63,745 bases of DNA, filler included, from Chiloscyllium plagiosum (GCF_004010195.1; 4 parts of one record of this genome joined end to end with filler, not necessarily neighbours in it), one strand, 5' to 3'; counted from the whole stretch's first letter, positions 12,305 through 25,304 are shown. Program-made: numbers and translations. The notes: generated by a model not told the origin, from the sequence alone.

Positions 12305-12830
12305 AGATTCACCTGCTGCTGGCTGACCCACAATACAGTTTGGAAGGGAATTCTGAGATTTCGACCCCGCGACAGTGATGCAACGACAATATACTTCCAA
12401 GTCAGAATGGTGAGTGGCTTGGAGGGGGACTTGCAGGTGATGGTGCTCCCATGTATCAGCTGCCCTTGCCCTTCTAGATGGAAGTGGTTGTGGGTTTGAA
12501 GAATACTGTTTGAGGATCTTTGGTGAATTTCTGCAGTGCATCTTGTTAATGTACACTGCTGCTACTGAGCATCAGTGGTGGAGGGAGTGGATCCTTGTGG
12601 ATGTGGTGCCAATGGAGCAGGCTGCTTTGTCCTGGATGGTGTCAAGCTTCTTGAGTGTTGTTGGGGCTGCATCCATCCAGGCAAATAGGGGGTATTCCAT
12701 CACATTCTTGGCTTGTGCCTTGAAGATGATGGATAGACTTTGGGAGTCAGGAGATGAGCTACTCACTGCAGTATTCGTAGCCTCTGAACTGCACCAAAGC
12801 CACTGTAATTATGTGGAGAGTTTCTGATCA
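12305..12830 (-). mobile_element. LINE family B 3' fragment
   Basis: Minus ORF IFKAQAKNVMEYPLFAWMDAAPTTLKKLDTIQDKAACSIG; homologous to 3120-3620. Confidence 0.85.
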
Positions 12831-12839
12831 ATACGATAG

Positions 12840-14300
12840 AGACTTTTGCAGAGACCTTTGTTGTCAAAAGCTTGCTACTGTACTTTGGCTTTGTAGAAGG
12901 CTGAGCTGGTACAGCTCATCTGGTTGGAACTCCGTGTCCATAGTGACTTTCTGAGAGAGATGCTGCCAAGGGATGGGAAATGTTCGACATGTTCAACATA
13001 TAAGTGAAGGCAAGTATTTTACTGACCACGTGGGAGCTGATATATAAGTTTGTTTTGTTAACAGTCAAGGACATGCTGATTTTCTTGTACCCAGAATCGA
13101 AGAGATTGAGGGATTTGTAAATCTCGTGCACAGTGACTAGTAATACTACAGTCGTCTGCAAACTGTAGATCATGGTCACGATTTCACACAAGCAGAGGTT
13201 AGCATCAGATATCCACTCTGTTTGAACTTTTACCAGCTTCAGTGCAATTCTGCCTTGCTTGCTGGCCAATCTGGGTCCTAATTTCCTGGGAAAGCGGAGA
13301 CCTGTGTCCCTCAGAGTTCCATTACAGAGCATGGACATGTACCTTCCTTCGACACATGCTGCTTAAAGTTAAATTTAAATATCAAAGTGTGAGTATTAGT
13401 AAAAGGGTGATTGGGTGAGTTGAAGAATTAGTGATGTGTACAGTGGTTAGATTGATTCGGTGGATGGCACATGGGTGAAAGAGTAGGTAGGTAGCCGGCT
13501 GAAGTGGTCGTGTGTTGGGGCTTAATCTGGTGGGTGGGTGGCTGATGGCACTTGGAGGGTGCCATGGTTTTGAATGATGGCTACGTAAGATCAAGGAATC
13601 CAGACGCATGCTAAGGCATCAGGGAGTAGTTTGGTTGTGGGATTGGGTTGTCAGGGGATAGATGGAGGTCAGGGGGAAGTAAAGAGTCAAAGGGGGAGTC
13701 AGAGGTCAGTGTAATTGATTGGGCGGTCTCCTTTATAACTAATTTGCCAAATGTTAGACCACATGGGTAACTTTCTAGATGAATAGCTTGTGACAGCCCA
13801 AAGTCTTCATTTCTAATTCCGAGTTGAAGAATTTTGCTGAGCATTGCAGAGAACAGGGGAATTGTCCATCAGAAATACAAAGTTTCCAAGGAGTCCCCAT
13901 GGAGACTCATTGTATCAGATCAGCCATGTGGTTCCAATACTTACATATGATCATCTGTCTGATCTCCCATGATCCAGAGTCTGAAAATTGAAGCCATTGT
14001 ATACCTAAGGCCATAATGAGTGGTAACTGATCTTTAATCGAGTGACCAGCTAATGTCAGTTATATTGTAAACAGCACTGGGATAATTGCACAGACTTGGT
14101 TGACACTGCTTTGACTTCAAAGGCATCTGTTTTGGATCTCCCACTTGGGGCAGCTAGATCATACCATCATGAAATGATGGTTTTGATGAGATGTCTTGGA
14201 CATTCAAATCTTCAAAGCACAGTCCACAGAATCTGGTGATTTACTGAGTCAAATACTTTGGTCAGGTTGATGAATGCATTGAAAATTTCCTGAATTTGTT
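12840..14300 (-). mobile_element. Decayed RTE-clade LINE RT region (interrupted by G-rich DNA ~13380-13860)
   Basis: Minus-strand motifs AFINLTK (~14255-14283), SFHDGM (~14160-14180), DAFEVK and DLQFADDC (~13148-13172). Confidence 0.7.
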
Positions 14301-14988
14301 TTTGGAATTTTACTTGGATTTAATTGTGTGCAAAATCAGTTAAAGGAAGCGAAATAAGGAAAATGAAGGTGAGAGGCAGAGAAAGAGAGCAGAAATAAAG
14401 TTCATTTTAATTTCAGAATATTTTAAATTCCCTAACATTAATTAAGCTCTGAAGAAATTAGACAGAAATAAATAAAGCAAAGTTATAATTTCAGAGGGTT
14501 GTTTAACAATAATTAGGACTCAATATACTGTTAAAAATTACTTACACTTTGATGGGCCAGCCATATATAGAAACAGAGCTCGTGCAATATATTCCCTGCT
14601 TGGTTCAACTAGGATTTGTGTAGCCAAACAAAGTTTAAAGGGAATTCAGAACTTGTTAAAAAACACATTTTTTAAAAAAAATAATTCTCTGCAACTCCTT
14701 GCTGTTCCATAGAAACACTTTTCAGTTCTGACTTGGACTCACTCCTGATGGTTTTATTTTCCCCATCAAATCAAACTGCTTGGATTCATTATTCTGTTGC
14801 TGATGAATTTTGGCCTGCATCATGCTGCTTGTATTGGAATGGTACCCTATAATAAATTTGGCTTGGAATTGCTCTGTTTCCTACTGTGAATTTAGTTTCT
14901 CACCATGTTGCTATTTCTTAACTCTTCCATGTAAAAGTCCTCTGCACTATTCTAAAAAGTTACTAAGCTATGTATCATTTACTGAATC

Positions 14989-15190
14989 GGTTTAGTTCAG
15001 TTGGCTGGATTGTTGGCTTACAGAGCAGTGTGTGTTCAATTCCCATCATCGGCTTGAGGTTACCATGAAGGACTTTCCTTCTAGACCTCTTCCTTCACCT
15101 GAGGAATGGTTGCCCTCAGGTTAAATCAGTACCAGTTGCTTCTCTCTAACAAGAGAGCCACCTCTGTTGTCTGGTAAGACTATGGCAACA
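14989..15190 (+). mobile_element. tRNA-derived SINE (non-HE1 family)
   Basis: A-box-like TAGTTCAGTTGG and B-box GTTCAATTCC (15034-15043); internal CCTGAGG...CCTCAGG and CTCTCT/AGAGAG hairpins. Confidence 0.7.
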
Positions 15191-15719
15191 CAATAACAAT
15201 TCATTGTTTAACGTTAGTGTTCTTATGAAAGGAGAAGAACTGAAGAAATGCTAAGTTGGTAAACACTCTCTTCTTTGGAACAATTATGTTGCTTACAACT
15301 GCACGGAGGTAGTTGCTGAGTCTGGCAATGATATTCTGATATTTGACTGGAGCTTTATGAAAGTGATCGCTTCAGTGATTTTCAAGTGACATTTTGTTTT
15401 AAATGAATGCCTGTAGGGACATTTTCCACAGATTTTTGACAATTTTTAAGTGTTTTTCTATAAATACCCCTATTCGATAAATGTTCAAAACTCTATGCAT
15501 ATAAATGTAGTCATGAAAATTCTAAGGAGAAGACCTCCATCCAGAATGAGTATCGAAATAAAAGGAGCTCTCAGAATCTGTCTAATGCTTGGATAAGATC
15601 AATAGAATAAGAAAAGGCCAGAAAATATAACATCTCCACTTTGACTATGGACAAAGGAAAAAAGGTGTGCAGAAAACTAATGTTAGTACAGGAACATTAT
15701 TAACAACAGAAATTTGCAA

Positions 15720-16020
15720 TGGCTCCTTAGACAGCAACTTCCAGACCCACAACAACTGCCATCAAAAAGGACAAGGGCAGCTGATACAGGGGAAGTCCAC
15801 TAAAGGCAGTTTCCTTTTTAAGACACTCACCATCCCGATTTGGAAATGTATCGCTGTTCTTTCACTTTTGCTCAGTCAAAATCCTGGATTTTCCTCCCTA
15901 ATGGCATTGAGGGTCAACCTACAGCAGGTGGACTGCAGCGGTTCAAGAAGACAACTCACAACCACAAGTTAGGGATGGGAAATGCTGGTCCAGCCAGTTA
16001 CACCCACATCCAATCTTTTA
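15720..16020 (+). mobile_element. LINE family B 3' end
   Basis: Matches 3390-3660 plus the 5421 tail (GGACTGCAGCGGTTCAAGAAG...AGGGATGGGAAATGCTGG...CCCACATC). Confidence 0.8.
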
Positions 16021-16679
16021 AAAATCCAAACTTTTAAAAGATAACAAATACTCACTATTTTATAACATATTAAACCGGTGTCCTCAACAAAGACATATTT
16101 TCAAATATCATAGAATTGGAGCTCACACTGGCTTTAGTTTCTGCCTTTTTCCCTCTATATTTTTGGCACCTCATGATGGTAAGTGATGACTCATGCTTCG
16201 AGGCAGTTCCATGAATACTAACTTTCTGGAACATTACATCCAATTGTACATTCTGCAGATCCAAACGACACGATGCCATCAGATTTTAGTGCCATCAGGA
16301 GAAGGGGAATGCAGAAGAACAGAGAGCACAGTGCACTCCAAACAATTCTCTCTCACCCACCCACCAACATCCCAAAAAGATAAGCAGAGGGATGTGTGGC
16401 TGAACACCCAGGCCAAAGTATTTCAGTCCCCTCAGACTTTTCTTCACTTCAGTATCTTTGAGCTTTCCTTGAAGGTGGATGTACCAACGCAGGCGAAGTG
16501 AAGTCATTTTAATGAGCTGAATGAGAGTACTCCCAGCCATCCTGCATGTGTCACTTTATCTTGACAGAACAGGAAATATATCCATCCTGAAAGATGTGTG
16601 GAAGACATGGTGGGCATTAGGCCCAAGAACGAATGCCTCTGTAATGTTAAACTAGCAAGGAGAAACAGCAAGAATAATT

Positions 16680-17445
16680 TACTTCTCAAAATTGGTTGAA
16701 TGTTTTGAGGAGGTGACCAGGTGTGTACTGTAGTTGAGTGCAGTGCAGTTAATGTAGTTTATATGCATTTCAGGAAAGCTGAATAGGAGATTGACAAAGA
16801 AAGTAAAAGCATATGGAATGCAGATAAGTTAGCAAATTGGATCTGAAATTGGCTTCGCAGTTGGAGACAGAGGGTCATGGTAGAAGGCTGTTTGTGTGAC
16901 TGGTGGCCAGTGTGCAGTGGCATACCACAGGGCTCAGTGCTGTATCCCTTAATGCTTCTGATATGCAAAAATGATATAGAAGACAATGCGAAGGTTTGGA
17001 GCAGTTTAGCTATGAAGAAAGGTGGGATAAGCTCAGATTGTTTTCTTTAGAGCAGAGAAAGCTGAGAGGATGCTTGACTGAGGTGTGTAAGATTATGAGG
17101 GGCACGGACAGGATAGACTGCCACTGTTCTCCTTAGTTAATGGATCAATAACAATGGGGCTTAATCTTAAGATGAAAGGCAGGAGATTTAGAGGGCATTG
17201 AGGATTTTTTTTCACCCAGAGGGTGGTGAGGATCTGGAATATGCTACGTGGGAGGTTAATTTTGGCAGGAGACCTCATAACCTTTAAAATGAATTGGATG
17301 AGCACTTGAAATGTCATACCATTCAAGGGAATGGGACAAGTGTTGGGACTTGGGATTAGTGTAGATTTAGAATAGTTTTGGCAGTGCAACTTGATGGGCC
17401 AAAGGGCCTCTTCTGTACTGTATGGTTCTATGATTCTATGATTCA
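16680..17445 (+). mobile_element. CR1 LINE, internally deleted 3' fragment
   Basis: RT remnants (SGIPQGSVL) and a 3' UTR ending TTCTATGATTCTATG. Confidence 0.8.
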
Positions 17446-17615
17446 TAGAACATAGAACAGTACAGCACAGAACAGGCCCTTCTTGGGATTAGTGTAGATT
17501 TAGAATAGTTTTGGCAGTGCAACTTGATGGGCCAAAGGGCCTCTTCTGTACTGTATGGTTCTATGATTCTGTGATTCATAGAACATAGAACAGTGCAGCA
17601 CAGAACAGGTCCTTC
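17349..17615. repeat. 133-bp tandem duplication spanning a CR1 tail-to-tail junction
   Basis: 17349-17482 is repeated at 17482-17615 with few mismatches. Confidence 0.9.
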
Positions 17616-18425
17616 AGCCCACGATGTTGTGCCGACCACTGATCCTCATGTATGCACCCTCAAATTTCTGTGACCATATGCATGGTCAACCTCTCCTTAT
17701 AAGATAAGCCCTCCAGTCCAGGCAGCATCCTGGTAAACCTCCTCTGAACCCTCTCCAAAGCATCCACATCTTTCCTATAATAGGGCGACCAGAACTGGAC
17801 ACAGTATTCCAAGTGCGGTCTAACCAAAGTTTTATAGAGCTGCAACAAGATCACGCAACTCTTAAACTCAATCCCCCCGTTAATGAAAGCCAAAACACCA
17901 TATGCTTTCTTAACAACCCTGTCCACTTGGGTGGCCATTTTAAGGGATCTATGTACCTGCACACCAAGATCCACCTGTTCCTCCACACTGCCAAGAATTC
18001 TATCCTTAATCCTGTACTCAGCTTTCAAATTTGACCTTCCAAAATGCATCACCTCACATTTATCCAGGTTGAACTCCATCTGCCACCTCTCAGCCCATCT
18101 TTGCATCCTGCCAATGTCCCGCTGCAGCCTACAACAGCCCTCTATACTGACAACCTCCAACCTTTGTGTCGTCTGCATCCTTCAATCCCCTCATCCAAGT
18201 CATTAATAAAAATTACAAACAGTAGAGGTCCAAGGACAGAGCCCTGTGGAACACCACTCACCACAGACTTCCAGGCAGAATATTTTCCTTCTATTACCAC
18301 TCGCTGTCTTCTGTTGGCCAGCCAATTCTGTATCCAGACAGCTAAGTTCCCCTGTATCCCATTCCTCCTGACCTTCTGAATGAGCCTACCATGGGGAACC
18401 TTATCAAATGCCTTGCTGAAGTCAA
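17577..18425 (-). mobile_element. CR1 LINE 3' fragment
   Basis: [14 protein letters not shown]...[39 protein letters not shown]; (TTCTATG)n tail. Confidence 0.93.
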
Positions 18426-18789
18426 TACTGTTTATCTTGTGGGGACAAGGGCTCATAACTCCCAGACCAGCAGCAGCTGTATTTCTGCCCACATTTTCAG
18501 ATGCAAGGACATACCAGGGGACTATCCTGTTCTTGCTAATAGGAAAGTTGAATACTGGACTGTACCTGCACGTACTGGCAGAGCCTGGGCCATTCGGATG
18601 TGTTAGGTACAAGAAAGCTTGGTATACTGAAAAAGGTTAATACTTGGATGTCATAAAGCTAAAGTGAATGTAAGATAAAATAAGAAAGAACAATAAAGGG
18701 AAAATGAACAACTGGCTAGATTAAAAAAAAACATTATGTGGTTGACATCAGTGCGAGCAAGTTCAGAGCATATGTATAATGCAGTATAG

Positions 18790-19410
18790 TGAAACATAGA
18801 AAATAGGAATAGGATAATAGGAAAATAGGCAGTTGGCCATTCAGCATCAAACCTGCTCTGCCATTCAATAGGATGATGTTGATTATCCAACTCAATACTA
18901 TACCGATCTCTTTCTTGAAAGCGTTCAATGTTTGAGGCCAATCGCTTTCTGTGACAGAGAATTCCACGGGCTCACCATTGTCTGGGTGAAGAAATTTCTC
19001 CTCATCGCAGTCCTAAGTGGCCTATCCTGTATCCTCAGACTGTGAGTCCAGTTTTGTCCTCCCTGGATATTGAAACACCCTTCCTATGTTTACCCTTTCC
19101 AGTCCTGTTAGAATTTTATAATTTCTATGAGATCCCTCTCATTCTTCTAAACTCCAGTGAATCTAGTTCTAGCCGATCCAATCTCACTTCATCATCAGCC
19201 TTGCTATTCCAGGAATCAGTCTGGTAAATCTTTGTTGCATTCCCTCTATAGCCAGAATATCCTTCCTCTGCTAAGGAGACTAAAACTATACACTGTACTT
19301 CATGTGTGGTTTCACTAAAGTCCTGCACAATTGCAGCAGGTCATCTGCTCCTGAACTCAAATCCTTTTGTTATTCAGGCCAAATTACCATTTGCCTTCTT
19401 CATACCATTT
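18790..19410 (-). mobile_element. CR1 LINE 3' fragment
   Basis: LDSLEFRRMRG; tail ...TTTCTATGTTTC. Confidence 0.82.
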
Positions 19411-20659
19411 ATGTATTTACTGCCAGCACAGAGTTTCTATTCAGCTCATCACTGGCATTCTGAATTCAGGCTGAGCGATTGATCCATTTAAGCTCATAAT
19501 TAGAGGGCAGAGCAGCAGAAACAGTACTCCCACACAATCTTCAAAGATGTATTCCACTATTAATTCTCAGTGGAAATCTGCACAAGCTGAATTTGGCCTC
19601 AAGATTATGAGACGACTATAAAAAAAATGCTGACATGAGCATACTCATCAAATGTTCCATGCAGTGTGAGCCTCCCACACCAGGTGGCAAGAGTAGATAG
19701 GAAACGTTGATAGAATACAAAAGATTTTTTACCTCTTTGCAGTTTTCATCATTTGTTTGTTTGTCAGCTTATTTCAATCTATTGCGTAAGGTGAGTAAGC
19801 AAGTTTACAAAATTCCAGAGTAAGTCAAACATTGTAATTTAAAATAGGATGTGGAAAATAAATGCAACTCATCAGTGCAGACATACAAAAACACTAGGTA
19901 GGAGAAGGTGTGGGCTCCGTGAGTCTGCTCTATCATTCAATAAGATCTTGGTTGATCTGGTTGTGGCTTCAATTCTAATTTCCTGCTTCCGACACAGATA
20001 GGTCGATAGGGAAGGCCAAAAAAGCCAATCGCGGTAAAAAAAATCTAAAATCAGCTCATTTATTAAATTTGCTATTTATTATCCAAATGAATTTTAAAAA
20101 ATAATCCTTTGTGTTTCTTTGTTCTAATGAAGTTGCTTACCTCCTGTAAGGTTCAGTTCAAGAGGTGCTTTCTGCCCTTTAGTAACTCAGTCAAGTACTT
20201 AATTACCATATTGAGGGCTTAACCAATTAAAAGGAGATTAGAAATAAGTACATAAACATTAAATATTACTCTTTGAACAGCTTCATAGTTTGCAGATTGG
20301 TTTCCTGACAATCTGACATGCACATTCACAGCTGTACCTATCAAGACAATATGTAACATTAAGGTTCAAGTATCATTTGGCCAGATGAACTTCACAGAGA
20401 TCTTTACAAATTAGGTGAAATATACTTCAATGCTTTCTTCTGCAATTTTATACCAGACAAAGATTTCCAGTTAAATCAAATTCTTGATTGGAATCAAAAT
20501 CAACCTCTGACCTACCACCTCTTATAGAACATAGAACATAGAAGAGAATCACCTTCCCAATCCTTTCTTCAATGATTCTAGGACTATTAGGAGGCCTGTA
20601 AAAGACTCCTAACAGGGTGACCTCACCTTTCCTATTCCTAACCTCGAGGAATAGGAAAT

Positions 20660-21900
20660 ATACTTCTTTTTTCCTTCACTCAAAATTTTTCTCTCGCTAA
20701 GTCATGTTATCTGATTTCCTTCTCTTTTCAAGCTTTTTCTAATTCTATTTCCCTTTTGTTTTTATTTTTCTTTCTCTCCCTTTCTCTCAGCTTTCCATCC
20801 TTCCAATCTGCTGACTTAAGATTTCTTATATCCATCCCTTTTTCTTTTTATTTTTCTTTCTCTTCTGAGTCTATTGTTATTTTCTTCTCTTTTTGTTCTA
20901 ATTCAAGGGTTTCCATTCCTAACTGAATCTTAGCTAATTCTTGCGATGACACATCAATTTCAGATTCCCCTCTTTTCAAAACTAAAAGTTGGATAATTAG
21001 CCTCTCCTCGTACGATCTTGCTGCTTATTTCTATCTGCACTTTATCTACTAGCTCCCTCAGTTAAGCCTTAGTCAAAGATCACATCCCGAAATGACTTAG
21101 CAACAGTCAAAGCCATTTTGAAAGTCCAACCTATGCAATATACTTCATTAAAAAACCCTTCTGCTTTTATGCTTAGAACCTCTGCATACTTCTTTCTTTA
21201 AAGATTCTTAAATTCAATGAATTTATATCCCACAAAGGCTCCCTATTTTGTTACGATCTCAACCAATGGCATCAGAGTGAACCTGGCTTGATGGACAGTA
21301 AGTTTTAATTTTGCAGTTGCTTCATTCTGATGGACTGTCACTGACATATTCAAAGAATACTGTCAATATGTTTTTTAACAAAAGAACATCAAAGTTTATT
21401 CCACAGAAAAGGAATAGAAAGCATATAAAATTTTAGACTATATACAAACTCCTTGAAATAATCTTATCACAAATATTAAAAATGAAGGTTCAACACATTT
21501 ACCTTCCACAGCAATCTTATAGATACTCAAAGGTCATTGAAGGGTCACCTTGCTTCCACTGTAAAGTTACTTGCTCAGTGGTACATCTGGGCTTGGTTTC
21601 TTTCCAACAAACCTCTGCATTCGCTCAATGCTGTCTTCTTTAGTTAAAGTCTCTTCATGAGGTCCTGAAACAAATTGCTAACAAATTCATGTACTCCTCA
21701 ACAAGTGTTCGTTAAACACAGAGTCTGTGAGATGCTATCCTCTCTGACAGCCTTTGTTTCTGGAGCTTTTCTCTTAGTAAATTCTAAACCACTTAAATTT
21801 CTTTTTTTCTGATCTGACTTGTTTTGAAGACAGCATTGTTTTTCTTCAAAGTCTTTTCTGTTTGAATGACCTGCTTGACTATTTGAAAGGAACATGCATA
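20660..21900 (-). mobile_element. Gypsy-type LTR retrotransposon relic (LTR, PBS, gag N-terminus)
   Basis: Minus strand ...CGTAACA (LTR end at 21249) followed by AAATAGGGAGCCTTTGTGGGAT, resembling a tRNA-Pro PBS (TGGGGGCTCGTCCGGGAT). ATG at 21116 gives MALTVAKSF, then a coiled-coil QELAKIQLGMETLELEQKEKK. Distal LTR end uncertain. Confidence 0.6.
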
Positions 21901-22871
21901 CTCATTAATATTCTAATGGCTCTGTTTAGGGTTAGGTAGGGGCAGGTGGGAGGTATGTGATCCAATGGGGAAAGACATTTGGGTGTCTTGTCCAGCAAGG
22001 GGGAGGGATTTGTGGGTTCCAGAGACAGAGGGGATTGACAGGATCTAGAGACAGAGGGCTTTGTTGGGTCCTTGGAGAGAGGGGTGTCAGGTCCTGTAGG
22101 GTGAGGGAGTGCTGTGTCTGGAGGCAGGGAAGGTGATGTTGGGTCCGATGTGGAGATGTAGATTGGGACCCAGAGAGAAAGGAAGGGCTGTCCAGCCCCC
22201 AGGAGATGGTCTTATCTGGTTGCAGCTCGGGTGCTAAGTGCAGTGACAGGGGTGATGGTCAGGGTTTGGAGATATTGAACTCTCAGGGAGATATAGTTGA
22301 GTGTGTGTATGTAGTGAGTTAATGGTCCATTGTGTTAGAGGCCAGTTACTAGCATGGATAGAAGCTTGGCAGTCTGGCAGAAGGCAGAGAGTGGAGATAA
22401 AAGGATCGTCCTCAGGACGGAAGCCAGTGACTAGTGATGTTCCACAAGGGTCAGTGTTGGGACCACAACTTTTCACTTTATACATTAACGATCTGGATGA
22501 AGGAACTGAAGGCATTCTGACTACATTTGCAGATGATACAAAGATAGGTAGAGGGGCAAGAAGTATTGAGGAGGTGGTAGGCTGCAGAAAGATTTAGACA
22601 GATTAGAAGAGTGGGCAAAAAAGTGGCTAATGAAATACAATGTGGGAAAGTGTAAGGTCATGCACTTTGGGGAAGAATAGAGGCATGGACTATTTTCTAA
22701 ATTGGGAGAAAATTCAGAAATCTGAAGTCCCAAGGGACTTGGGATTCTTATTCGAGGTTTCTCTTAAGTAGATTTGCAGGTTAAGTCGGTAGTTAGGAAG
22801 GCAAATAGGATGTCGTCATTCATCTCGAGAGGACTAGAATATAAAACCATCTGAGGCTTTATAAGTCTCTG

Positions 22872-23138
22872 ATGGAAATGTGTTGCTGGAAAAGCGCAGC
22901 AGGTCAGGCAGCATCTAGGGAACAGGAGAATCGATGTTTCGGGCATTAGCCCTTCTTCAGGAAACTGATTCCTGAAGAAGGGCTAATGCCCGAAACGTCG
23001 ATTCTCCTGTTTCCTGAAGAAGGGCTAATGCCCGAAACGTCGATTCTCCTGTTCCCTAGATGCTGCCTGACCTGCTGCGCTTTTCCAGCAACACATTTCC
23101 ATCTCTGATCTCCAGCATCTGCAGACCTCACTTTCTCC
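22872..23138. mobile_element. Fold-back PLE-terminus insertion with three hammerhead motifs
   Basis: 14-bp TSD TTTATAAGTCTCTG (22858-22871, 23139-23152); ends CTCACTTTCTCC; one minus-strand core (22933-22960) and two tandem plus-strand cores. Confidence 0.92.
22967..23046 (+). ncRNA. Tandem (double) minimal hammerhead ribozyme motifs
   Basis: CTGAAGA-A-GGGC(TAAT)GCCC-GAAA-CGTC at 22972-22999 and 23014-23041 (42-bp period). Confidence 0.75.
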
Positions 23139-25304
23139 TTTATAAGTCTCTGGTCAGACCACACTCAGAGTATTGTGCACAATTTTGGGCCTCATAGCTC
23201 AGGAAAGATGTGTGGCCCTGGAGCGGGTACAGGGGAAATTCGCAAGAATGATCCCAGGAATCAAACTCTTAACATCTGAAGAACGTTTGAGGACGCTGGG
23301 ACTATACTCAATGGAGTTTAGAAGGATGAGAGGGGATCTGATTGAAACTTCCAAAATATTGAATGGCTTGGACAAAGTGGACATTGGGAAGATATTTCCA
23401 TTGGCAGTAGAGATGAGGACACGAGGGCACAGTCTTAGAGTAAAGGGAAGATCTTTTAAAGCGGAGATAAGGAGAAATTTCTTTAACCAGAGTGTAGAGA
23501 ATCTGTTGAATTCACTGCCACAAAAGGCTGTGGACGCCAGGTCATTGAGTATATTTGAAGCAGAGATAGATAAGTTCTTGATTGCCGAGGGGATCAAAGG
23601 TTACGGGGAGAAAGCAAGAAAATGGGGTTGAAAAACCTATCAGCTCTGATTGAATGGCAGAGCAGACTCAATGAGCTGAATGGCCTAATTTCTGCTCCTG
23701 TGTCTTATGGTTTAAGTTGGGGGATCGGGTCAGTTTAATAGCCTAGAGGTTGGACTAGCTATCATGTTGTGTCACATTTCTTTGTTAACTGTTAACTTAG
23801 CTGCAGTAAAACTGCCAGAATTCTTCAAAGGATTCTAGATGCAGGGGTTTGCCCATTGGAATCTTCAGTTTATTTGATAATTCCCTCACAACTGGAAATT
23901 CAACAGTGTCCCGACATGGAATTCCCATCTACACTATCTTGACTGTTGGAAAATCCAAGCCTTTTTAACATCTGTTCTGGATCGGCCGATGTTTAAGTTA
24001 TGCATGAAGAATACGCAGCACAACACCACTTGCAACATTAACTAATGTAGCATATCGAGCTAAGTTATGTATATGAGCTGAATTGCTAATATCCAGCGAT
24101 AGATCTACTTTGATGAAGGATGAACAGATGGATTATAACGACGAGTATCATAAAATATCACACACTGAAGACAGAAAGATGGAATAAGCACATGATGGGT
24201 GATGTTCTATTGAAGAGGAATTGGTTGGTTTATTGGCCTTCTAATTAGTGTTAAATTATCAACAAGATTCATTATTTATTGGAATGGAGTTTGGAAGCAT
24301 TTGCTTAGAAGCCTAAGCAAATGATTCTTTCCCTGCCAAAATCATGAGTCCATAGTCAGATGATTGTACATAATTTGTGGCATTTGTATTCAATTGATGA
24401 TATTGCATTGGAAAGGATATAGAGGATTATATGTTTATAGTTAGCACTAAATGCTAATTGATTGATTACTCTTAATGGATACAAAGCTTTGATGGCCACA
24501 CCATTGAACTTCGAGTGTGTGCTAGTGGCACACTGAAAGCCCTGTCGAGGGCAAAGTTTTATAACAGAAAAGGAAGATTCTGAAAATTAAACTCTAAATA
24601 GAGCTATCTTGGGGGGAGCAATGAATAAGACGAATTATTAACTAGGTCAAAATGTGGTTGCCTTGGATACAATTATCAAGCAGGTTGCTTTGCAATGGTC
24701 GCTAGTGGGCTTCTTCAGTCCTGTTAGAGCTTCATGCATCCTGGTAAATTAGGAGTATTTTATCACACTGCTGTCTTGTATCTTGTGGATGATGAAGAAA
24801 GCTTTGGGGAATGGCAAGGAGTGACTCTTATTGCAAATATTCCCAACTTATGATCAACACTTGTAGCCAGTGCTTTTATCTGTGGTCTAGTTAAACTCCT
24901 GGTGAACTCCAGGCTGTTGACAATGGGGTATTTCATAATGATAATGCCAATTAATATCAATTGAAGATAGCTTTTTTTTCTTGTTGAGAGTCATTGACTG
25001 ATCAATGTGTGGTTCAAAAGTTACTTCTCTCTTATCATCATAAGCCTGAATGTGAACTGGTCTTGAATTAGAATTGAATTGAATTGAATAAGCTTTATTG
25101 TCACGTACACTCAAATGAGTGCAGTGAAAAGTTTGCGATGTCGCCCCTTATGGTGCCATCTTAGGTTCAAGATAGCTAGGTTCAGATACTTAAGTATTTG
25201 GTACAGAATTGAAGGAATAATAAATGAAAGTCCAGCATAAGAATAAATTGGAAAAGAAGTACACAAATTTCAGTCCTTTTCACCAAAGTCTCTGTCAGTA
25301 ATTA

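Larger units (their letters stand above)
22320..23712 (+). mobile_element. CR1 LINE 3' fragment, interrupted by a PLE-terminus insertion
   Basis: [19 protein letters not shown]...FADDTK; LYKSL|VRPH is split by 22872-23138; tail TCTTATGG. Confidence 0.92.

Noticed and set aside
18501..18607. AG...GT bounded candidate exon in non-repeat DNA
   Set aside because: The donor is weak and no frame gives a recognisable vertebrate protein.
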